DNA of 64,000 nt from a virus. The notes below the pieces were generated by a model, which saw nothing but the letters and a program-made list of their open reading frames with translations, did no database searches and was not told where the DNA came from. This document shows positions 39,481 through 47,946 of the stretch, piece after piece. Position 1 is the stretch's first letter. Every line of letters starts with the position of its first letter. Position numbers and translations under genes: made by a program. The stretch is from the IMG/VR virus record IMGVR_UViG_3300028195_000001, positions 1-64,000 of that record; one strand, given 5' to 3'.

Positions 39481-40005
39481 ATGGACTACAACCCATTACA
39501 ACCAGTAATTGATGCTGTATTAGCACTAGTTAGTGTTGGTATTGTTTATGGTGCGACATTCTTAACTATAAAACTACGTGCTATGCGTAAAGAATTGGTT
39601 GATAATAGAGTAAAACTCGATACTGCTGAAATAGCTCAAACCGAGCAAATAGAGAAAGTGACTGCTAATACTGAAGTGCTTTCTCTTATGCAAACGCGAT
39701 TGGACAAGGTTGAAGAAGCTCATAGAGACTTACTCTCCGAACATATTCAATTACAACGTAAATACACTCAGTCGATTGAACGTGATCTGGAACGCGAAAA
39801 GAGAATTAGTGAATTGGAACTCAGTCTCGCTAGTACCGCCCAACAGCAAACTGCACTCGAAGCTGAGAACAAAGATTTACGTCGAGAAAATACAGAACTC
39901 CGTGAAACTAACACAGGGTTACAAACAGAGATTAAAGCCCTTCGATCTGAATTAGAAACGGTAAAGACCCTTATTCAAGGCAAGTTTGTTGATGGTGATT
40001 GCTAA
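39481..40005 (+). CDS. N-terminally anchored coiled-coil protein (i-spanin-like architecture)
   Basis: TM segment VIDAVLALVSVGIVYGATFLTI, then about 130 aa of heptad-rich Glu/Leu/Arg sequence, ending in Cys. Confidence 0.5.
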   Translation: MDYNPLQPVIDAVLALVSVGIVYGATFLTIKLRAMRKELVDNRVKLDTAEIAQTEQIEKVTANTEVLSLMQTRLDKVEEAHRDLLSEHIQLQRKYTQSIERDLEREKRISELELSLASTAQQQTALEAENKDLRRENTELRETNTGLQTEIKALRSELETVKTLIQGKFVDGDC

Positions 40006-41210
40006 TGCAACGTGTGTCATTTAACGTCAATGCCTCTCGTTTAAGAGATCGTGCATACTTCTTAGATTACATGCACAGATACCAGCCGACCAGTGTCACT
40101 GTTATGAATGCAGGACACAATTTCCTGGCTGATCTACTCGCTGCCACAGAAGGTAAGACGATTATTGTGCGGCGCGAGTATTCAGAAGCCGAAGGCAACC
40201 AGTGGAAGCACCAACGTCCTTATGACTACGTAGAAGAACTGGTTAAAGACCTAGACCCGCGCGTGTGGACTTATGTTCTGAACGAACCCGGCCCACATGG
40301 AGATGATCTAAGCAACATGCTTGATTGGATTATCAATGTTGGTGAACTATTGGAAGCGAAAGGCTACCACGCCAGTCTGGGTAATCTCGGTGCTGCCGTA
40401 TGGACTGAAGAAGAAGTTATCAGTGGACGGTTTGATAAGTACCTTACTCGTTTGGCTGATTGGAGTGAGCGTGACATCCATTACGGTGGTTGGCACGAGT
40501 ACACTGGTATTTTACTTCCTGCTGGTGTGGGTCAATGGCCGTTAGAGAATCTGACATATCCTGACAGAGTGCAAATTCCTGACTGGCCTCTTGAATTGCC
40601 CCTTGAAAAGACCCCGGTATTTGATGATGCAGGTGAAATCATTGGTTGGAAAATGCCTCCTTATTGGCACATCCTCCGTACTGCATGGTTCGACCTTCGC
40701 GCTATAGATATTGGAGTAGCAAGACACAAGAAACTCATTACTGAGTTCTTCTTAGATCGAATGCCTGATTGGACACAAAGAGCGGATAACGTATATGACA
40801 TACTAGAACGAATGTATGGTCTGCCTGATAACGTCAAAGGTGAAAAATACTCCACTATGCGTGGCCCTCTAACAATGCAGAACGTATATGCTGGTTACTA
40901 TCCTGGCGTTCATTTTGAAAAAGTTCTGTTTGAACAATTCAAATATGCGGAACAGATTTACGATGAAACATACATCGGATTGCACACTTTCACATGGTCT
41001 TACCACGAACCCACCTGGGATTTGAAAAACGGTTTCGATTGCAGTAGTCTATATTCTCTTCATCGGATGATGATTGAGCATATAGACGAACAACCGGAAG
41101 AGCCAAAACCCAAACCATCCACAAAATGGTATTGGGAGTTCTTAAAAGTCGTTGTCGGTTGGTTAATTGACAGACTAGAGGAATTGGACGCATGGCTGGA
41201 ACAGAAATAA
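40005..41210 (+). CDS. TIM-barrel glycoside-hydrolase-like protein (clan GH-A style NEP / HEY motifs)
   Basis: Start at ATG 40005 (TAATG coupling). WTYVLNEPGP and GGWHEYTG are placed like the acid/base and nucleophile Glu strands of GH-A enzymes. The C-terminus is amphipathic, WYWEFLKVVVGWLIDRL. Confidence 0.4.
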   Translation: MQRVSFNVNASRLRDRAYFLDYMHRYQPTSVTVMNAGHNFLADLLAATEGKTIIVRREYSEAEGNQWKHQRPYDYVEELVKDLDPRVWTYVLNEPGPHGDDLSNMLDWIINVGELLEAKGYHASLGNLGAAVWTEEEVISGRFDKYLTRLADWSERDIHYGGWHEYTGILLPAGVGQWPLENLTYPDRVQIPDWPLELPLEKTPVFDDAGEIIGWKMPPYWHILRTAWFDLRAIDIGVARHKKLITEFFLDRMPDWTQRADNVYDILERMYGLPDNVKGEKYSTMRGPLTMQNVYAGYYPGVHFEKVLFEQFKYAEQIYDETYIGLHTFTWSYHEPTWDLKNGFDCSSLYSLHRMMIEHIDEQPEEPKPKPSTKWYWEFLKVVVGWLIDRLEELDAWLEQK

Positions 41211-42982
41211 CTGCTAAGGTCTCGATGACCGACAAACAAAAAACTTATGCTGCTGCCGAAGCAGCTAAGACTTATGGGACAGCTATTATTGGTGTTGGTA
41301 GGAGCAATTTCGATCTCAATCGTCACCTAGCCTATTCACAGCATATTCGAGACACGTTCATTTGGAAAGTTCCTATCCTTCCTGGCGCGGCTACTGTCTA
41401 TCAACAGGTTGCCGCAGGCCGAGAATGGTTAGTTACAGGCAAATTACGCTCGTGCTTACGTTCAATAGACTTCTTACATCGGACAGAGGTGACAGACCTT
41501 CATTCCGGTATGCGGTATCACGGTTACGAAGAATATATTCGTCGCCGCGCTTTGGATTCATTAACAATTGGTCGGGTTGCTTTCCGGTACAAAAAACAGT
41601 CTGGTAAGAATAACCGTATAGAATATCTTGACCCGACAGAACTCACTTTCAAACGCGAAAACAAAACTGATACCCCTGTCACTGATGCCGAAAAGGTCTG
41701 GACATACGGAGGAAGAAAGTTTAGGTTTGATGAAGTGCATTTACTTCACCACATGCCTTTAGGTTCTAAAGGAGCTTTTATTGCTCCAATGCACTTCCTT
41801 GTACCTAGTGCTACACTAGCTTGGTTGGTACGCGAACATGACTCAGCTTCAGCTGATGGACGTAAAATCCGAGACATCATGTTGGTAGCATCAGACCAAG
41901 TGGCTGATGCGATTGGAGATGCGATTAAAGCATCTCTAGGACTTTGGGCAGGACTAGACCCCAGTAAGGTTGGTGTTCCTGTTGTTGCGGTTAACAACCT
42001 CTCTGGTCAGCCTATAAATAACATGATAACCAAGATCGGTATTGCTGAAATTCCAGAATCATTTGATCGAGAGAATTCTACCTTCAATTACGCGAATGAG
42101 ATTTCATCTGCGCTTGGGCTTGCGCTCCGACATTTTTGGAATGAAGAAACAACCACAAACCGAGCTTTGGAAGAAATTCAAGAACAACGACAACTGCAAA
42201 AAGGCCCAAGTGCATATATACGTAGTGAAGAACGTTTGATGAATCGGACTAAAATCTTACGTCAATTTGGGCGTGTCCGGTTTGGGTTTGTAGAAGAAGT
42301 AGACCTTGCTAGCCAAAAGAACAAAGCTGAAGTATTGAAGATGACTGCTGAAGGTCTAGGGCAATTTGCCACTGTACTACAAGCCCGTTTGGATTTGGAT
42401 GCTGCCGTTGCGTGGATGCAACAACTTCAGATTATGCCTAATGATCTCGACATTCTTTTACCCGGAGAACCAGGAATGGCGGTAGAAGAAGAAGGGGTTG
42501 TACGGCGTAATCCAGATGAGTTCCCTCCACCTGATGGTGATGATGAGCAGATAGTCAGTAGTGACGAACCCCCAGTTCAATCTGCTGCTGATAAAGATAA
42601 ATCTGCTGGTGTTCCCGACTATGATGAAGTACAAGTTGACATGAATGGAAAAGTTGTCAACAGACGATCTAAAGTGTTTCAGGTATCAGAATACTTAGCC
42701 GATCTAATGCACCAAAATGGCGTAGATACCGTACAAGAAGTTGATGCGGAAAAAATGTTTGAATCTTCGGTTGACGAAGTACACGAACAAAACGCCGATG
42801 AGCTTAGAACTCTATACGAGTCCAACAAACGAGCTATCAACAAGTGGGCAAAAGATAGTGGGACACTCTATTCAGAAAGTGAGATCAAAGGCGCAATAAA
42901 AGCAGTTGTCCAGGAAACCCCTATCACAGAGGAACAACATACAATTATTGGGATAGTTTTGGAGAACTGTAATGAGTCGTAG
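41192..42982 (+). CDS. portal protein candidate
   Basis: 596 aa, placed between the terminase region and the protease/capsid genes, with an acidic C-terminal third. No motif verified; the call is by size and position. Confidence 0.55.
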   Translation: MAGTEITAKVSMTDKQKTYAAAEAAKTYGTAIIGVGRSNFDLNRHLAYSQHIRDTFIWKVPILPGAATVYQQVAAGREWLVTGKLRSCLRSIDFLHRTEVTDLHSGMRYHGYEEYIRRRALDSLTIGRVAFRYKKQSGKNNRIEYLDPTELTFKRENKTDTPVTDAEKVWTYGGRKFRFDEVHLLHHMPLGSKGAFIAPMHFLVPSATLAWLVREHDSASADGRKIRDIMLVASDQVADAIGDAIKASLGLWAGLDPSKVGVPVVAVNNLSGQPINNMITKIGIAEIPESFDRENSTFNYANEISSALGLALRHFWNEETTTNRALEEIQEQRQLQKGPSAYIRSEERLMNRTKILRQFGRVRFGFVEEVDLASQKNKAEVLKMTAEGLGQFATVLQARLDLDAAVAWMQQLQIMPNDLDILLPGEPGMAVEEEGVVRRNPDEFPPPDGDDEQIVSSDEPPVQSAADKDKSAGVPDYDEVQVDMNGKVVNRRSKVFQVSEYLADLMHQNGVDTVQEVDAEKMFESSVDEVHEQNADELRTLYESNKRAINKWAKDSGTLYSESEIKGAIKAVVQETPITEEQHTIIGIVLENCNES

Positions 42983-43340
42983 AGAAGCACTACCTACTGA
43001 ACTCTATATTGCGGCCCAGATGTTGTTAGAGTCGTTTCCGGCTCGTACTATTGAGTTCTACTGCAAGATATTTTCTAACGTATCACAACGTAGGGCTGTT
43101 TCCTTAAAAGAAATGGCTGAGATGTATGGCTGTACGCCACAAGCAGCCGCGAAGCATGTGGGTGTTTTGACTGCAAGAGGCTATCTTCGTCGGCTTCATT
43201 ATCGTGCGTGGCGAATTGAGGAGAGAAAGATTGCTCCTATACTAGCGTACACACAAAAGAATAATCGTTTTGGAAAAGAGGTTCAAAATGAAAAAGAATC
43301 GAATCCCCCGGTACGTCAGCCCCAACGTCAAACAGCTTGA
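42972..43340 (+). CDS. winged-HTH DNA-binding protein
   Basis: VSLKEMAEMYGCTPQAAAKHVGVLTARGYLRR has the MarR/ArsR-type helix-turn-helix-wing layout. Confidence 0.5.
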   Translation: MSRREALPTELYIAAQMLLESFPARTIEFYCKIFSNVSQRRAVSLKEMAEMYGCTPQAAAKHVGVLTARGYLRRLHYRAWRIEERKIAPILAYTQKNNRFGKEVQNEKESNPPVRQPQRQTA

Positions 43341-44274
43341 GAACGATAGGGAAGATGTAACAGTCTTCCGCGTTGTCGGTGTTCCGTTTGGTGGCCCAGA
43401 CTACCTACAAGGGAAAGACCTGGAAGGTGAATACTTTGATACAAACACTAACCTGGGGAAAGATTCTGACGGTAATGTTACGGTTGACACCGTATATGCG
43501 TACTACCACCACGCCCTGCACAGCAAGATCGGGCAGGAACTGATTGGTTACGCCAAATACGTTAAGGAAACCGACGAAGGACAGGTGTGGGATTTGGAAG
43601 TTCGTCGTGCATTCCTGTACCACGACATGCTGTTAGCTCTTTCTGATAAAGGTCTGTTAGGTGCAAGTTCGCAACCAGTTCAAACTTCTGTAAAGATTGA
43701 TTGGGATAGTGGTCACATCGACCAATGGCACGTAGCTGAAATTAGCTTGACCCCCACCCCCGCGAATCCAAATGCGGTTGTGGACGTTCTGAAGTCACAT
43801 GACATCAGTCAAGAAGTTCTTGACGTTGTGCTGGATTTGGAACTGGACGAGCCGGAAGTTGACGAGCCGGAAGTTGAAGAAACCGAAAATCTCGCTGGTG
43901 AAATTGACGAATTGTTTTCTGAAGACTTGGCGAAGTCCGGTCAGATTGAACAACTTGTTGAACAGATCAACGCTCTGACAGTTCAGGTGGAAACACTGGG
44001 AACTGGCGTAGTCGAGATCAAAACCCAGATGACAGAGAACCACGAAGAAACCAAAACCGCTCTGAAGACTGCTATGACAGCTTTGGACGTGGTGAAATCG
44101 GGTTTGAAATCGTTTGCGGTTAATGTTGCGAAACAATTGAAGTTTGAAACTCGTAATATTGCTGAAGAATTAGGTGGGATGTCGGAAGAAGAACAAGAAG
44201 CTGAAGACAAACTGAAGATTCGGACGCAAGATAAATCTAGCTATCTGCCAACCAATGCTCCTGGCAGAAATTAG
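43288..44274 (+). CDS. HK97-type (S78) prohead protease fused to an acidic coiled-coil scaffold-like domain
   Basis: Start at ATG 43288 (AAGAGG upstream). DLEGEYFD, YYHHALHS, GLLGASSQ and ISLTPTPANPNAV are S78-like. The C-terminal 150 aa are Glu-rich heptads. Confidence 0.65.
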   Translation: MKKNRIPRYVSPNVKQLENDREDVTVFRVVGVPFGGPDYLQGKDLEGEYFDTNTNLGKDSDGNVTVDTVYAYYHHALHSKIGQELIGYAKYVKETDEGQVWDLEVRRAFLYHDMLLALSDKGLLGASSQPVQTSVKIDWDSGHIDQWHVAEISLTPTPANPNAVVDVLKSHDISQEVLDVVLDLELDEPEVDEPEVEETENLAGEIDELFSEDLAKSGQIEQLVEQINALTVQVETLGTGVVEIKTQMTENHEETKTALKTAMTALDVVKSGLKSFAVNVAKQLKFETRNIAEELGGMSEEEQEAEDKLKIRTQDKSSYLPTNAPGRN

Positions 44275-44291
44275 AAAAAGGGTGGTTAAAA

Positions 44292-45734
44292 ATGGAAAAT
44301 TTTGATATTCTTCAGGCATACAAAGCTGCGCGTACTGCCGGAGTTAACGTAAACGACCCTGAAGCCTTCGAGAACTTTGTGAAAACCTTCAAAAAGGACG
44401 TTATCACTGGTACTCGTCCGGTTGACGGTTGGCTGTACGAAAACGGGCCATTCTCCCTGGTGGAAGATGAACCTGTAAGTGCAGTAATCAAAGGTGGGTC
44501 AGCGTTGGCTCAGTGGCTTCCTGCTCGGTTGGTTGATTACCGCTATCCGCATGTTAGCCATCTGGAATGGATTGCTCCTGACGGTTTCGATGGTAGTGAA
44601 ACCTACCGCGATTACCTACGTGACGTTGAAATTGCCGACTGTGACTACGGCCCGACCAGCGATTGGTCAGGGTTCGAGTATCACATGGAAGGCGCAGAGT
44701 GGTCGTTCCAGAGTCCTGTCCTAAAGGACAAAGACTTCGGTATGAAGGACTATGAAGAAAGCCCGGTTTATCAGGTTCGTGGTGGGCAGGCAGGAATGCC
44801 TCTGACTAACGATGCTGATTGGGCTGTTGCTCGTTCCCTCATTCTGATGGAACAGCACATGAGTTATCTGTTGGTTTACGGTGACATCACCAACTCCGTA
44901 ATGGAGTTTGATGGTCTTGATACGATCATCAGCAATGGTTATGTTGCTAGTAAAGTTGTTGGCCCTGGCGTTCCCCATTGGCCTAATCCTCTGATCGTTA
45001 ATGCTGCTGCGGTTACGACTGCTGCTGGCATTCTCGAACTAATCCGAGGTATGGTTCGCAAGCTGCGTAATCGTGCGCTGTCTCGCAACTGGTCGCTGGC
45101 TGTGAATGATATGGCTATTCTGCTCCCGGCTGCTATGTGGCCCTATATTGCCGACTCCTGCGCCTCTGGCTCACACGTCGCCTTTGATGCTACAGAGTTT
45201 ACCGGTCAGATGACATACGGTGACTTCTTGAGTGAGCGTTCACGCATTACTCAGGGTGGTCTTGGTTTTGGGTTCATTGACGTTGATGGTATGGCTGTTC
45301 CGGTTATCCCGGATGGTAACTTGGGCCGTAACACAACTATTGACCCCGGTGGAGACAACGAAGCTGAAGGCGTGACCGGCGACATCATGATCTTGACCCG
45401 GCGCATCAACGGCATGACCATTCTGGAACAGCAATACATGGACTGGTCACAGTTTGTTACCCCCGACAACGGACATCAAGATACATTCGCTCTGATGAAT
45501 GGTCTGATGAAGGGTGGATGGAAACTGGAAAACAACGCTTGCTTCCAATACTACTTGAAAGCTGGTGGACGTTTGACAAGTTTGTTCCAACCGATGCAAG
45601 CACGTATCAATAACGTATCGCTCACTACAATTCTTGAAAATGAGAATGAAGGTGGAATGTTCTGGTCGCCAGATTTCTATGCTTATGATGGCGCTCAGGG
45701 TGGCGGTGCAGTTAGCTTGCTCACTCCGCTGTAA
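44292..45734 (+). CDS. major capsid protein candidate
   Basis: 480 aa, directly downstream of the protease-scaffold gene, with a strong SD (AAAGGGTGG). The call is positional. Confidence 0.55.
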   Translation: MENFDILQAYKAARTAGVNVNDPEAFENFVKTFKKDVITGTRPVDGWLYENGPFSLVEDEPVSAVIKGGSALAQWLPARLVDYRYPHVSHLEWIAPDGFDGSETYRDYLRDVEIADCDYGPTSDWSGFEYHMEGAEWSFQSPVLKDKDFGMKDYEESPVYQVRGGQAGMPLTNDADWAVARSLILMEQHMSYLLVYGDITNSVMEFDGLDTIISNGYVASKVVGPGVPHWPNPLIVNAAAVTTAAGILELIRGMVRKLRNRALSRNWSLAVNDMAILLPAAMWPYIADSCASGSHVAFDATEFTGQMTYGDFLSERSRITQGGLGFGFIDVDGMAVPVIPDGNLGRNTTIDPGGDNEAEGVTGDIMILTRRINGMTILEQQYMDWSQFVTPDNGHQDTFALMNGLMKGGWKLENNACFQYYLKAGGRLTSLFQPMQARINNVSLTTILENENEGGMFWSPDFYAYDGAQGGGAVSLLTPL

Positions 45735-45743
45735 ACTTGGGTC

Positions 45744-45772
45744 TTTACAAACTCTTAAGTTTGTAGTATAAT
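45744..45772 (+). promoter_or_regulatory. sigma70-type promoter (TTTACA-N17-TATAAT) just after the capsid gene
   Basis: TTTACA 45744-45749, 17-nt spacer, TATAAT 45767-45772. Confidence 0.55.
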
Positions 45773-45775
45773 ATG

Positions 45776-45803
45776 TTACGTTGGGGTTAATACCCCAACG
45801 TAA
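45776..45803 (+). other. 11-bp stem-loop at the predicted 5' end of the 45824 transcript
   Basis: ttacgttgggg (45776-45786) / ccccaacgtaa (45793-45803), 6-nt loop, no U-tract. It begins 4 nt after the -10. Confidence 0.55.
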
Positions 45804-45823
45804 CTAACTACTAGGAGAGAACA

Positions 45824-46369
45824 ATGGCAAACGAAAAACAAGTTCCAGTTTACTATATCGGCGTGCATTTCAAGAACGCCCAACGTCGGCCTACCTTCAA
45901 TGTGAAGGGTGTACCTTATCACGCTCCTGCAAGTGTCGGTGAACACATCATGGTTGCACAAAATGATGTTGAAGAACTGATTGAAAAGTCTCGCGCTGAG
46001 ATTAGGGGCAAAGGTTCAGTCGAAACATTCACAACGAGTCCTGATGTTGCGGCAGCTGTTACTCAACAGTTTATCGGTGGGAAAGAAATGGCTGTACCTG
46101 TGCGAGTTAGTGTACAGGACGCTATGGGTATGATGACTCCCGAAATGTTGAAAGAACGGGTTCTTAATGAATTCTCGGCTGACGAACTGGAAGATTTGCT
46201 TAAAATTATGAAACCAGACATTGAAACTGCGCAAGATGTTGAAGCAGCGATTGTTGCTGAAGCTCATGCAGAAGAAATTCTGGAAGAAGAAGAAAAACCG
46301 AAACGCAAACGTGGTCGGCCTAAGAAAGATGAAGCTCTCGACTTGTTTGCCGAAAGTAAAGAGGAGTAA
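45824..46369 (+). CDS. hypothetical protein with an AT-hook-like C-terminus
   Basis: 181 aa with AGGAGAG SD. The tail EEEEKPKRKRGRPKKDEAL contains an RGRP core flanked by Lys/Arg. Confidence 0.55.
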   Translation: MANEKQVPVYYIGVHFKNAQRRPTFNVKGVPYHAPASVGEHIMVAQNDVEELIEKSRAEIRGKGSVETFTTSPDVAAAVTQQFIGGKEMAVPVRVSVQDAMGMMTPEMLKERVLNEFSADELEDLLKIMKPDIETAQDVEAAIVAEAHAEEILEEEEKPKRKRGRPKKDEALDLFAESKEE

Positions 46370-46372
46370 ATA

Positions 46373-47269
46373 ATGCCTACTACAATTACTAATGGTAACT
46401 TTGATGGGATTCTGGCAAACGTCAAAGCTCCCTATGGGCCAATTACTCGTAGTGAAGCCGTTCCCGCACACGCGCCTAACAGCGATATGCAAGTTGCTGT
46501 AGCCTCTGCCCTGTCTGTTGCTTTCACGATCTCCTTCGATCAGTTGAATGATGTTCAGACAGCTAATGAGATTGCCAAGCGTGTCCATTCGGTTCGTGGG
46601 ATTAACCATCCCGGTTTTGAACTGGAAATCGTTACCCGCCTGATGGCTGAGTACATGGAGAGCTACGCTGGCCCTCCGTTTACAGACGTTGAATGGCAGA
46701 CAATGATTGACGGTTTGCGTATTATGAAACCGATGGTTGCCAACGTTCCGAATCGGGATTATCCCCCGGACGAACAGGTTCATGCTGGCTTCACCGTCGT
46801 TGATGACGACGCTGGCGCGGCTGGACTAGACGCTACGGCTACGGACACTTCAACAGGTAACATTTCGATGTATCTGTGGGACTGGGGTGACGGTGAGTAC
46901 AGTGTTGGTGCTGCGAACAATACTCATACCTATGTCTTGGCTGGCACATATACAGTTACACTGTATGTTATCGGCCCTGGCGGGGTTGATTGGGCAGTTG
47001 CTTCGTTAACGATGACCGGTAGCTCTGCCCCTGTGGTGAGCTTCACAGTTGTTGACGATGACGCTGGTGGTGCTGGTCTGGATGCTACTATTACCGATGC
47101 TAACACTGGTACGATCACAAAGACGTACTGGCTGTGGGGTGATGGTACTATCACTGAAGATGCTGTGGTTACACACACGTATGCTGGTGCAGGTACGTAC
47201 CAAGTTGGTGGCGTTGCTATCGGCCCTGGTGGGTCTGACAGTGATAACGTTGCCGTTATCATGGCTTAA
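46373..47269 (+). CDS. capsid decoration/surface protein candidate with two PKD-like Ig domains
   Basis: Two units of about 85 aa: FTVVDDDAG.AGLDAT.TD..TG.I....W.WGDG.......THTY...GTY.V......GPGG. WxWGDG and HxYxxxGxYxV are the PKD signature. Confidence 0.65.
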   Translation: MPTTITNGNFDGILANVKAPYGPITRSEAVPAHAPNSDMQVAVASALSVAFTISFDQLNDVQTANEIAKRVHSVRGINHPGFELEIVTRLMAEYMESYAGPPFTDVEWQTMIDGLRIMKPMVANVPNRDYPPDEQVHAGFTVVDDDAGAAGLDATATDTSTGNISMYLWDWGDGEYSVGAANNTHTYVLAGTYTVTLYVIGPGGVDWAVASLTMTGSSAPVVSFTVVDDDAGGAGLDATITDANTGTITKTYWLWGDGTITEDAVVTHTYAGAGTYQVGGVAIGPGGSDSDNVAVIMA

Positions 47270-47290
47270 CGATTGCTACAATATGAAACT

Positions 47291-47315
47291 AAGGGGTGGT
47301 TACACACCACCCCTT
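47291..47315 (+). other. GC-rich hairpin without a U-tract after the PKD gene
   Basis: aaggggtggt (47291-47300) / accacccctt (47306-47315), 5-nt loop. Same stem core as 12849-12873. Confidence 0.5.
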
Positions 47316-47330
47316 CACTCAGGATAACCG

Positions 47331-47783
47331 ATGTTTGAATTTATCATAGCTATCTTTGCAGCGTTTTATGTTCTTCAAGTTATGCTGTATGAAGATAGAA
47401 TCTCTCACTTCGGGCCTTTCAAGTCTACAGAAAAATTCATTCACAATAGTCAAACATACCACACACAACCTGTTGCTCTGTTCGACTATATCAGACGGTT
47501 TACTGTAATCTTTAACCCCTACGAAATACACGGGGATTTGTGGGAGATCATTCCACATAAGATGGAACGGTGGACATGCCCTAAGTGTCTGTCCTTCTGG
47601 ACAACTTTCTGCATTACCGGCCCGATGTTTATACATAGCGCTGTGCGCGGCGTACCAATAAATTTCTTAGAATATATTTTCTTTCATTTAGCGGTAGCTG
47701 GCGCGAGTACATTACTATCTGAGGTATACGATGGCTTGTTGCGGAAAAAAGAGTCGGAAGACGACTCCCCTGACGAAAGCTAA
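47331..47783 (+). CDS. membrane protein (DUF1360-like W-x-C-x-x-C-x-S-F-W feature)
   Basis: 150 aa. Hydrophobic N-terminus FEFIIAIFAAFYVLQVML, WTCPKCLSFWTTFCITGPMF, and a third hydrophobic run. Confidence 0.5.
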   Translation: MFEFIIAIFAAFYVLQVMLYEDRISHFGPFKSTEKFIHNSQTYHTQPVALFDYIRRFTVIFNPYEIHGDLWEIIPHKMERWTCPKCLSFWTTFCITGPMFIHSAVRGVPINFLEYIFFHLAVAGASTLLSEVYDGLLRKKESEDDSPDES

Positions 47784-47799
47784 AGATGGGGGAAACTTC

Positions 47800-47946
47800 A
47801 TGGTGTACTGCCCTACTTGTACAGAAGCACTACAAGACCCAGGTGGTATGCTCATCCCTGTACATCTAGTTGCTGTGTGCGTACCGAAGTCAACTCGTGA
47901 TTTCTGGATAGCGCAAGGATATGAGGTAACAAGTGACTCTTGTTAA
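47800..47946 (+). CDS. small Cys-containing protein
   Basis: Start moved to MVYCPTCTEAL (GGGGGA upstream). 48 aa. Confidence 0.4.
   Translation: MVYCPTCTEALQDPGGMLIPVHLVAVCVPKSTRDFWIAQGYEVTSDSC

Noticed and set aside
39710-39955. 81-aa ORF embedded in the coiled-coil gene as a possible o-spanin
   Set aside because: It has no signal peptide and no lipobox, and contains no Cys at all. It has no SD either, so it is most likely a chance frame in Glu/Leu/Lys-rich coding DNA.
46016-46783. 255-aa minus-strand ORF spanning 45824..46369 and the start of the PKD gene
   Set aside because: It is antisense to two well-supported + strand genes that have SDs and recognisable domains. It crosses their intergenic junction, and its product is low-complexity.
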